64,000 nt of DNA, from the IMG/VR virus record IMGVR_UViG_3300021400_001341, positions 44,027 to 108,026 of that record, one strand, 5' to 3'. The stretch comes from a virus (Duplodnaviria > Caudoviricetes). Below are positions 52,353 through 60,743 of the stretch, piece by piece. How positions within the stretch are numbered: the first letter of the stretch is position 1; every line of letters begins with the position of its first letter. A program made the translations under genes and the position numbers. The notes beneath the pieces are model-generated. The model was not told where the DNA came from. It did not search any database and saw nothing but the letters and a program-made list of their open reading frames with translations.

Positions 52353-54087
52353 GAAGATTCAAACGTATAAAATAAAAAAGAAATTTAAAAAAGAAATTGA
52401 AAACAACATTACTTGAAAAATGTAGAAACGTTGATTTTTAAGGATTTTGGCATTGCGTAAAAAAGCAAGATTAAAATTTTCAGAAGAATAAAACATCTTG
52501 AATTTCAGTTGTTTCTATCTGTCTGATAAATTCATTTATGTAATACTGTATATATTTTTTTATTCAAGCAAAATTTTTTACTTTGATGTATATACAGGAA
52601 TTGAATAATAAACGAACTTTTTCTTTTCTCCTTCTCTTTTTTCAGGTTTCTTTCTTGGAGGAGCTGTGATCGACTTAAGCCGCTGTGGTGTATGTATCGG
52701 ATTCATTGCCTTTCCTGCTGTAGAGTCAATATACCCTTCCTTGTTTCTCATATTTTTCCCTCCAACATTTTTCGATTGTGTTGCCAAGTCCCAATTAAAG
52801 ACCGTATTACATTTTTTTAGATCTGTTTTTAAACATCAAACCTCTTATAAAGTGGAGTATCTTCATTATTTATTTCGTAGACATCTGTAATTCTAATCTC
52901 TATTATGTCGTCCTGAGTTACGGGTATAGTCTCAGTTGTTGTAATCAAATCAGCCTGCTTATCGGCCTCTTCATTGTTATTTGCTTTTACCCGCAATGTT
53001 TTTACAGCATACAGTTCAACTGTATATTCATATTCATTCATAATCTTCTCCTATTAAGCTTGCAAAATCGATTTCAGAAACGTTGCCATCAAGATCGTCT
53101 TTATGCCACGACTGAAGATATTCCGGAGGATAAGCGTGAGAATCATCTCCAGACAGTAATATTTTTCCATTGTATTTACATCCTTCAACTTTGTATACCT
53201 TACCACCTACCAGTTTTAAAACTCTAGCGTTATTGTCGTTAAGACGGCCATTCATTTTAAGATATTCGTCTACTGTAATTATTCTTACATAATCACCTTC
53301 GAAAATGTCTTTTTGCCAGCCAGTCATTGTATGCCTCCTAACAGCGCTTCGTATGCTTTTTCCTCTATGCTGGCTGTGGCCACAGACATATCAAGAAGCT
53401 CAAGTTCATACTCTTCCCACATGTATTGGCTTATATGAACTCCTGCCGCAAACTCATCTTGTCGGCTTTCAGGTTTTGCTAAAAAAGAGATTTTGTATCT
53501 TCTTCCGACGATATTTTTTCGTACCTCTGTGATTTCACATATTTTGTTCTGCCACTTATCAATAGCAGAACCGCCCTGAACTTTGACTCCTTTAAGCTCG
53601 TTCGCCGCTTTAATTCTTACGTGATCGCCAATTGCATAGCTCATACAATCCCCCTGCGCCTCTGAAAGTCATGTTCCCGGTCGCGGACATGGGCGACCAA
53701 CAGCTTCTGTTCGTTGTCTGATAGGTCGTTATATTTGCATCCAAATATCATGGCCGCATATTTGTCCAAAGTCTTCATCTCGCTCTGAGTAAACATTGGA
53801 AATGTTACAAACATCGTAATATCTCCTTACAAATCTTGTTTTGCATCCTTTTTGAGAACGGTATCTGTTGTTTGTATGATGACACATATAAGGTGTTCGT
53901 CCTTTAGGATGATTCATAAACAAACCAGAATTCAAAGCAACATCACAGTTACCCCATTTTTCAGTTGCATCACACGGGTGCCAATGCTCACAGTTTGCGC
54001 AAATTCTTGCTTCGTTATTTCTTAGCTTCGAATTTATTCTATTGTGATAGCTCATAGTTTTCATTCCTTTTGTCTGATATTGAAAAG

Positions 54088-54190
54088 AGCTTCCGCCAGG
54101 ACTCGAACCTGGATTACTGTTGACATGTGTTCCAGTTGTATCCCGCTGTTTCAGAGACCACTCCAAACTTTCCCATTAAGTTACAGAAGC
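54088..54190 (-). ncRNA. tRNA-like RNA with enlarged anticodon/variable region
   Basis: GCTTCTG/CGGAAGC acceptor, ACTT-AATGGGA-AAGT D arm, CCAGG-TTCGAGT-CCTGG T arm. Confidence 0.5.
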
Positions 54191-54324
54191 AAAGCCGATT
54201 CCGTCATATATACATACAGCTATATGCAGTCGTACCTACACATAGTTAAGGAGTTCAATTTATATACCGCCCACTTGCTTTTGCAAGACTGGCCAAGATG
54301 TACGACACTCATCGGCGGTTAGAG

Positions 54325-54395
54325 TCGAAGATGTCAGAGTCGAACTGCTACTCGTCGTCCCAAGCGACGCGTGTTACCGTTACACCACATCCTCG
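54325..54395 (-). tRNA. tRNA-Pro (UGG), imperfect T stem
   Basis: GTGT/ACAC D arm, CGTCG-CTTGGGA-CGACG anticodon arm, TTCGACT loop. Confidence 0.75.
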
Positions 54396-54414
54396 ATAAA
54401 CGCTGGAAGGAATC

Positions 54415-54735
54415 ATACCGAACCTATTACATGAAGCCTATCTCGCCATAGCTTCAAAACCAGCAAATGCCAATCCTTCTTCCAGGGCCCGCTCAGGAGG
54501 CATTGGCTGAAAGTCACTATCCGTTATTAGCAGGCTAGAGATAGCGACATAAAGCCGGTAAACCGCAGGGATGTAAATCCGGCAACTTGCTTCTTCGTAT
54601 GGTTCCGGTCTGTCCTTTCGCCATACAACGTGCTTCTTAGCTTTCGCTCCACTCTGTTTTTCTACCCCTACTCTAGGCGCAAGTCTTTGTGCGTTTCGGC
54701 TGGACATAAGTAGACTCGGTCCAGACACTCGGTTT
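54415..54735 (-). ncRNA. Unidentified multi-hairpin structured RNA
   Basis: Six or more hairpins in a region lacking a credible ORF. Confidence 0.45.
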
Positions 54736-54746
54736 AAATCATTGTT

Positions 54747-54938
54747 TTATTTATTTCTTGGTATTGCGTTCCATTCTGTAATTGCTTTTAATCTTGCTTG
54801 AGGATCGCATTGCTCATCCCAGTCGGCATAATAGCCAGTCTTTGTGCATTTCTTTTTGCACTCAATCCAGGTATACGGCAATTTGTATCGTACTTTTGCC
54901 TGTTTTCCGCAAATCGGACACGGTTTAATGTCTTCCAT
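54747..54938 (-). CDS. Lar-like (restriction alleviation family) Zn-ribbon protein
   Basis: IKPCPICG..A ... AI.EWN. Confidence 0.55.
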   Translation of the reverse strand: MEDIKPCPICGKQAKVRYKLPYTWIECKKKCTKTGYYADWDEQCDPQARLKAITEWNAIPRNK

Positions 54939-56689
54939 CTTTTTGCCTTTCTTGAAATAGTCACGCCACAGGCGTTTCGTTCTCTTGATCCCAAATCTGA
55001 AACCAGTTAAGCTCGCGAATAAAGTCATTAAACTCATTTAAATCGTCAGCTTCCATCCAGTACATGTCACCGTCAATTTCTCCAAATGCCTCATACTTTT
55101 TATGTTGTTTTTCGGCTTTTTCAGTCATATAATTCCTCCAAACCTGGAAAGCCAGTCACAGGTTTTCCGTTTTCAGCATCAACTTGTCTGCCAACTTGGT
55201 AAATTTTCGGTGTTTTTTCAAAAAATAACTTTAAATCAGTCACGCTTACTTTTAAAAAATGGCATTTTTTAAACTAACATGCCGGTTTTCAGTCACGCTT
55301 ATTTAAAAAATGCCGAATTTTTAAATTCAGTCACGTTCAAGCCTTAATCTCCAAATAATCGACGATAAGTCTTTGATTCGCTTTTTCTCTTCTGTTATGC
55401 ATATGCCGTTTTTCATCATAAAAACTCGATTTCCGGTTGCCTTACAGCCCACAAACCAAGCTTGAAACTGTTTACCCGCTATTTCAAAGTCAACTAACGG
55501 ATAATCTTCAGGATAAGCAAAGCAGGTCTGCATCATGTTCTTAATCAGATCACAGTTATCAAAATCAATTTCAAGAATTTGTTCTGTATTCAGCTCAGCT
55601 ACAAGCACATTAATCCCACTCAATCATCTTGTTATCTGCCATGCGGTTAACAATTGTCGCAACACACTGTATTGCGATATTAAAATCATCTTGTTCTTCC
55701 TTTGGGATCTGAAGCCTGTCTTTCAACAAACATACGTAATTAAGCACGCAGTTCATTTCTGCCCGTGTCTTTCCGTGAAACATTCGTTCCATAAGACCCA
55801 CCCCAGTCATATTGATGATTCGAAGCCATGCTCATAAAGGATACGCTCGGCTTCATCTTCTCCTACGTTGTCAATCAGATGTGTTTTCAGATATTTATAT
55901 TCAAGCTTTCTTATTTCAGCATCAAGCCGGCTGTCTTCTTTTGTGTCTCTATAGGCTTTATGAAGGATCTGCGTATCCCTCAGCCATTCACTAACACTTC
56001 TGTAAACCGGCCTTCGGCATAAGTGCATTGGACTCACCTTTCTCCCTTGAGAAAGCCCTCCAAAGTCTCTATTGTCAAAATGCCCCAATCCAGAATTTCA
56101 ATCAGGTCTTTATATCTCCGATCTATGCAACCATATAACTTATCGTTATCCTTATAGTATGGACATTGTTTGCATACGTCATCTTCAGCTGTCATATTGC
56201 ACAGCTCTACAGACTTTTTTGCTTTCAAAATTTTTTCTTTATTCATTCTTTTTACCTCATCCATGGAGATTCAGGATCATAGATCCATTTCTCTTTCATA
56301 ATCTCCTCGTACATCTTTTTCAGCCGTTTCAGCGTATTAGACATCAGCTCTTCCCTTGCCTTGTGCAAGTCGCCGAACTTTGACGGGTAACAGTTTGTCA
56401 AAATCCGGACCATAACTTCCATTTCTTTCCTTGCGGAGGCTTTCATTTCTTCGGTGGTCATAGTTTTCCTTTCTCCGGCTGAAACTCGGCCATAATTCTG
56501 TCTGCACTTTCTTCCCCGGCCAGTTTAACCAGGTACATTCTTATATACCTTGCTTCAAGTTCTTTAATTTCATTCTTCAGCCCTTGGTCTCTATTTGCCG
56601 CATGGTATGCGTCCATAAACAGACGACTATCTTCTATCCACCCGGCTAAGTTCTTCTCCCCGGCCTTATAAAAGCGCACAACAGCTTCC

Positions 56690-57290
56690 TCCTTATTTAT
56701 AGTATTTAAATAAATAAATTATTTTTTAGAATATGAATTTCCAGTCATTAATAGATAAGTTATTCTAGTAGTACGATATAAGTTACTATATGCAGTAATT
56801 GCAATATATTCTCTTCGGTAATTGAATGGGAATACTAATTCCCTCTCAAGATAAAAAGAAATTTATAAACTATATTTTCAGTCATTACAAAATAATCTAA
56901 GTAATAATCTAATAACACACTATCAGTCATGTTTAAGTTTATTATAGAAAAAGAATTTAATTCATATATATTCATATTTAAAAAATGAATTTCCGGTTAT
57001 TATAGAGGATTTAAATAAAAGATTGTTTTCTTATTTTTATGAAAGATATATTTTTAGTTATTATACAGGAAGAAGATATATTTTTAATTGTTAGATGGGA
57101 GGAAGATATTTTTTTAGTTATAATACAGGAGGAAGATATATTTTTAGTTATATAATTCCCTATCAGTAATTCAATTAATCCTGTTAAATAATATAATCAA
57201 TATTTCCATTCATTGTTGAATAATTTATTAGAAAGAGAATAATTCTTCTTATATTATATATATTATATATAAATAAGAAATATTTCTTCA
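56690..57290. other. AT-rich non-coding region, candidate replication origin
   Basis: Very AT-rich, no ORFs, contains direct repeats. Confidence 0.5.
57041..57152. repeat. Four 30-bp tandem direct repeats (iteron-like)
   Basis: AAGATATWTTTTTA at 57043, 57073, 57103 and 57133. Confidence 0.85.
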
Positions 57291-57515
57291 GAGATTCGGT
57301 CTGTCACAGCCATATGGCCTGCGCAGGAGCTGGATGACGCAATGTGATCCGAACAGAGAGAAGAAATACAGACTTTCACAGACAGTCCGCCAGCCCTTAC
57401 AGAAAGGAGGTGATGCTTTTATGGCACAAAGAAGGTTTTGACTGCAAGCTTGAGTCCTCTCTTACGGGATATTCACCCCGTATGCAATCGTCTCGCTGTG
57501 AGACGGGTCTCTCTT

Positions 57516-57546
57516 TCCTATATAGCCATTTTCGAATGTGTGAAAA
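57516..57546 (-). promoter_or_regulatory. Motif B copy (diverged)
   Basis: TCCTATATAGCCATTTTCGAATG on + strand. Confidence 0.55.
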
Positions 57547-57977
57547 AACATTTGATCAAATATAATCACACGGCACGAGGTACGCACTAAAAAGCAGCAT
57601 AATGCGTTGGAGATGCCGTGCCGACTCCCTACAGCACGAGAGACGCTGGTTCGCATCAGCATCGTCCGGGTAAGCCTGACAAATTTTATATGCTATCCGG
57701 ACTTAAGAGGTGATGTCGCCTGAGTTGCTGTATTACTCTGTATGAAATTGGCAGCGCAGGGAGACGAGCCCTGCATTAAGACTGTCGTGTCACTGCATGA
57801 CGGCAGACCTGGCTTAATAGAGTGCCGGCCTGGTCAGCGAGAAAATTTTTTAAGCGAGTCGAACCGGTGGAAGATTGGGGGCCGGGAAAAGAGGAGCGGT
57901 CTGAAAAGCAGCAGGTCTGGAAAAGAGCGGGGCCTCATCAAAAAAATAGAGCCAAGCAAAGGCATGGCTGTTCTCTC

Positions 57978-58008
57978 TCCTATATAGGCATTCTCGAATG
58001 GTGGAATT
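57978..58008 (-). promoter_or_regulatory. Motif B copy
   Basis: Near-identical to 45891-45921; also directly after a terminator (58017-58050). Confidence 0.65.
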
Positions 58009-58067
58009 TCCCGAAGAAAAAAATGGGGCACAGCCAATCGGCCATGCCCCTGTTTATCGGGTTCTAC

Positions 58068-58445
58068 TTACTCTTCCTCGAAGGGAAGCTCCGCAGCGGT
58101 CTCACCGGCTTCAGCAGCCTGACCGTTCGGATTGGCACCGCTGAACTCCACCATGTCAGCACGCAGTTCCAGGCGAGCGCCAGGCTGACCGTACTTGTTG
58201 ATGTAGGTGTTCAGGTGAATCGGACCACGCACCTCAACCCGGCGACCCTTGCTCAGGTACTTCGCGCAGCTGTCGCCCAGACCACGCCAGGCATTGACAC
58301 GCACGAACTCGGGTTCGGCACCTTCGCCAAAGCTGTTACGCACGGCGATCGTGAAATTGGTGACGGTAACTTCCTTATCACCGGACTTCACCTTGTTGGA
58401 AATGGGATCAGCAGTCAGATAACCAGTCATGATAGCGCAATTCAT
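58068..58445 (-). CDS. ssb: Second single-stranded DNA-binding protein
   Basis: MTGYLTADP, FTIAV, FVRVNAW, YLSKGRRV.V.G, ELPF tail. Confidence 0.9.
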   Translation of the reverse strand: MNCAIMTGYLTADPISNKVKSGDKEVTVTNFTIAVRNSFGEGAEPEFVRVNAWRGLGDSCAKYLSKGRRVEVRGPIHLNTYINKYGQPGARLELRADMVEFSGANPNGQAAEAGETAAELPFEEE

Positions 58446-58511
58446 AGTTTTTTCTCCTTTCAAATTTAAAGTTTTTGTTTGTTTTGCGCAGCGTGAGGGT
58501 TTTCGTTTCCC

Positions 58512-58541
58512 TCATTCGTACCAACCAGGGCTTTAGCCCGG
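58512..58541 (-). promoter_or_regulatory. Motif A copy upstream of ssb
   Basis: TCATTCGTACCAACCAGGGCTTTAGCCCGG on + strand. Confidence 0.65.
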
Positions 58542-58850
58542 TCGATACAGGAATGTTTGGAAAATAGGGATATTATGAATCGGAATTAATGGAAACCGTT
58601 GCTCTCCCGTTTTGCCGGAGGTGTTCCTCGAATTCGGGAGGCAACTGCATCTTGTGCCTGGACACGTATGGGCCGACAGGATCGTCAGCGTCAGCGTTTG
58701 CTCTGATCCGGAGATACTGCTTTTCAAGAGCATAACGTCTGTCTTCCTCTGCCTGCTTGTGAAACCGTTCTGCCAGCGTAAGACCGGAAATAAAAGAACA
58801 GACTATGAGAAACAGCGTAATAATCAGGATCGTAACGAACTCTACTGCTG

Positions 58851-58991
58851 TCATAGCCAATCCTCCCATGGATCGACATACTCGTCGAAATACTCTTCTG
58901 CCCACGCGTCGAAGAACTCGTCTTCGTCATGGGTCAGATCTCCATCCGGCATTTCTCCGGTGAAGATGTCGTCAACAATCTCGTAGTTCAT
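58851..58991 (-). CDS. 46-aa extremely acidic peptide
   Basis: RBS GAAGGTGA; no K or R residues. Confidence 0.6.
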   Translation of the reverse strand: MNYEIVDDIFTGEMPDGDLTHDEDEFFDAWAEEYFDEYVDPWEDWL

Positions 58992-59419
58992 CCACGCATC
59001 ACCTTCCTGATCTGCTCGCGGGCGATAGCATCGCAACGCTCGTTATAAACTTCGCCGGAATGACCCTGAACTTTGACGACCTTGATTTTGTGGCCGCCCT
59101 TGTTGCCGGCTTCGATCAGCTGAATCCAGAGATCCTTGTTCGGGAAATCTTTCTTCTTCAGCCACGCCCTCATGGACTTACAGCCTGTAACAACATACTG
59201 GGAATCAGTAACAACCTGAACCTGGCACGGCATCTTGAGAGCGAGTACACCCTGAATCACAGCGGTGAGCTCCATCCTGTTGTTAGTCGTGCCAATCGCG
59301 TTTCCGCGGATGACTTTCTCGTGCTCTCCGAAAACAAGAATCGCACCGTAGCCGCCGATGGCATTCTTAGCCCCGTTATGGGAGCAGGCGCCATCGGTAT
59401 GAATCGTGACCTGATACAT
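58988..59419 (-). CDS. rnhA: Ribonuclease HI
   Basis: HTDGACS, TTNNRMEL, TDSQYV, NKDLW, GHSG..NERCD. Confidence 0.95.
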   Translation of the reverse strand: MYQVTIHTDGACSHNGAKNAIGGYGAILVFGEHEKVIRGNAIGTTNNRMELTAVIQGVLALKMPCQVQVVTDSQYVVTGCKSMRAWLKKKDFPNKDLWIQLIEAGNKGGHKIKVVKVQGHSGEVYNERCDAIAREQIRKVMRG

Positions 59420-59458
59420 GGGGTTCAACTCCTTTTTTATATAGTGACCGTTGATTGG

Positions 59459-59488
59459 TCATAAGTACCGAGCAGGGCTTTAGCCCGG
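59459..59488 (-). promoter_or_regulatory. Motif A copy upstream of rnhA
   Basis: TCATAAGTACCGAGCAGGGCTTTAGCCCGG. Confidence 0.65.
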
Positions 59489-59821
59489 CGGGAAAATTTT
59501 TTATTAAGGGGAGCGTAGCCGGGTAATTTTTTCCCGCAGGAAATGGATGCGTTTTGGTGGCGCTCAAAGTGGGCAGAGGATGGGTCTCCGTAATCAGACG
59601 ACCAAATACTCATCCGAAAGCTGGAAGCGCCGGAAGGCCCCTTAGAAGCCCGGAAACGAGCATCGAAAAAAATGGCAACGGATAGACGCTCGCCGACGTC
59701 TTTAATCCGTTGCCGCTGAAGGAGGTGTCGGACAGTTTAGCGTCATGTCCGGGACAAAAGGAGGAGGTTCATGAAGAAGCGTAACCGACCGGCTATTAAG
59801 CGGCAGCCAGCTACGATAAGG

Positions 59822-59977
59822 TCATTTGACTACCTGCACCCGCAGGTCACAGAGGTCGGAGCCAATCCACATGGTTCCGTCACGGGCTTCGACGATCTTG
59901 TCGAGGAAGTTCAAGTCCTGAGTGTTGTTGACAACGGTCTGTTTGCCGTCTGGATGTACTGCGATAAGCTGAACCAT
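59822..59977 (-). CDS. 51-aa hypothetical protein (not in ORF track)
   Basis: RBS GGAGGT; MVQLIAVHPDGKQ...; preceded by motif A. Confidence 0.6.
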   Translation of the reverse strand: MVQLIAVHPDGKQTVVNNTQDLNFLDKIVEARDGTMWIGSDLCDLRVQVVK

Positions 59978-60016
59978 ACTGCTACCTCCAAGTAACATTA
60001 TTCAGAGCGAACTCTG

Positions 60017-60046
60017 TCACCAGTACCAAGCAGGGCTTCAGCCCGG
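60017..60046 (-). promoter_or_regulatory. Motif A copy
   Basis: TCACCAGTACCAAGCAGGGCTTCAGCCCGG. Confidence 0.65.
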
Positions 60047-60280
60047 TAAAACAAAACAACAATGAGATATAGACAAAGTATGATTAAACGGCAAAAAATA
60101 TATGGCTCACCTCTATGGGCTCACCTTAAAATATATAAAAATTCCAGATCTGGACGTCCAGGTCTGGAAGGAATTTAGAACCTGAAGAGGCCGTCTCCAT
60201 CGGAGGCGGTCTATTCAGATTGGGTAGTTTAACGTCCTGCCCAGGACGGCCATCTCGGAGAGGCTCCCGTGTATCAAGAT

Positions 60281-60676
60281 TCAATCGTACTCTGTAACGG
60301 AGAACATTTTGATTCCACGGTACGTGTAGAACGCTCTGTCAAGCTTCTTTGCTCCAGCATCGGTCATGGTGGCGTGTCTAAGTTCGAAGCATCCCAGGCT
60401 GTCCCAGTCAATCAGCTTTGCGCCAAGGTAGCTGTCGGACTTTCGTCCTTCCCACTCGGCAGTTGCCCACTCAGGCCAATCAGAACTCTTCAGATTCTCC
60501 GGCTGATGATTCTGGCGAGCGTTCCATATCTTAAACGAGTTTTCATTCACCGTGATGATGGGGCATCCAAGGCTCATTAAGTTTTTCCATATGATGTTGG
60601 CGGTATTCCTGTCGTTTTCTTCTATGCAGTCGATTTCGCCAAACTCACGGTCTGTTGTTACAAAGATTTTATACAT
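60281..60676 (-). CDS. Hypothetical protein
   Basis: RBS AAGGAGG before MYKIF. Confidence 0.65.
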   Translation of the reverse strand: MYKIFVTTDREFGEIDCIEENDRNTANIIWKNLMSLGCPIITVNENSFKIWNARQNHQPENLKSSDWPEWATAEWEGRKSDSYLGAKLIDWDSLGCFELRHATMTDAGAKKLDRAFYTYRGIKMFSVTEYD

Positions 60677-60698
60677 GTTGCATCCTCCTTCAAAATAA

Positions 60699-60728
60699 TC
60701 AAAAGTACCCGCCCGGGCTTTAGCCCGG
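60699..60728 (-). promoter_or_regulatory. Motif A copy right after the early RNAP gene
   Basis: TCAAAAGTACCCGCCCGGGCTTTAGCCCGG. Confidence 0.65.
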
Positions 60729-60743
60729 ACGGGAAAGTAAACG

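Noticed and set aside
57041-57152. CRISPR array
   Set aside because: Contiguous degenerate 30-bp tandem units with no unique spacers. The nuclease at 37818..38609 is a replication-module PD-(D/E)xK enzyme with no other cas genes.
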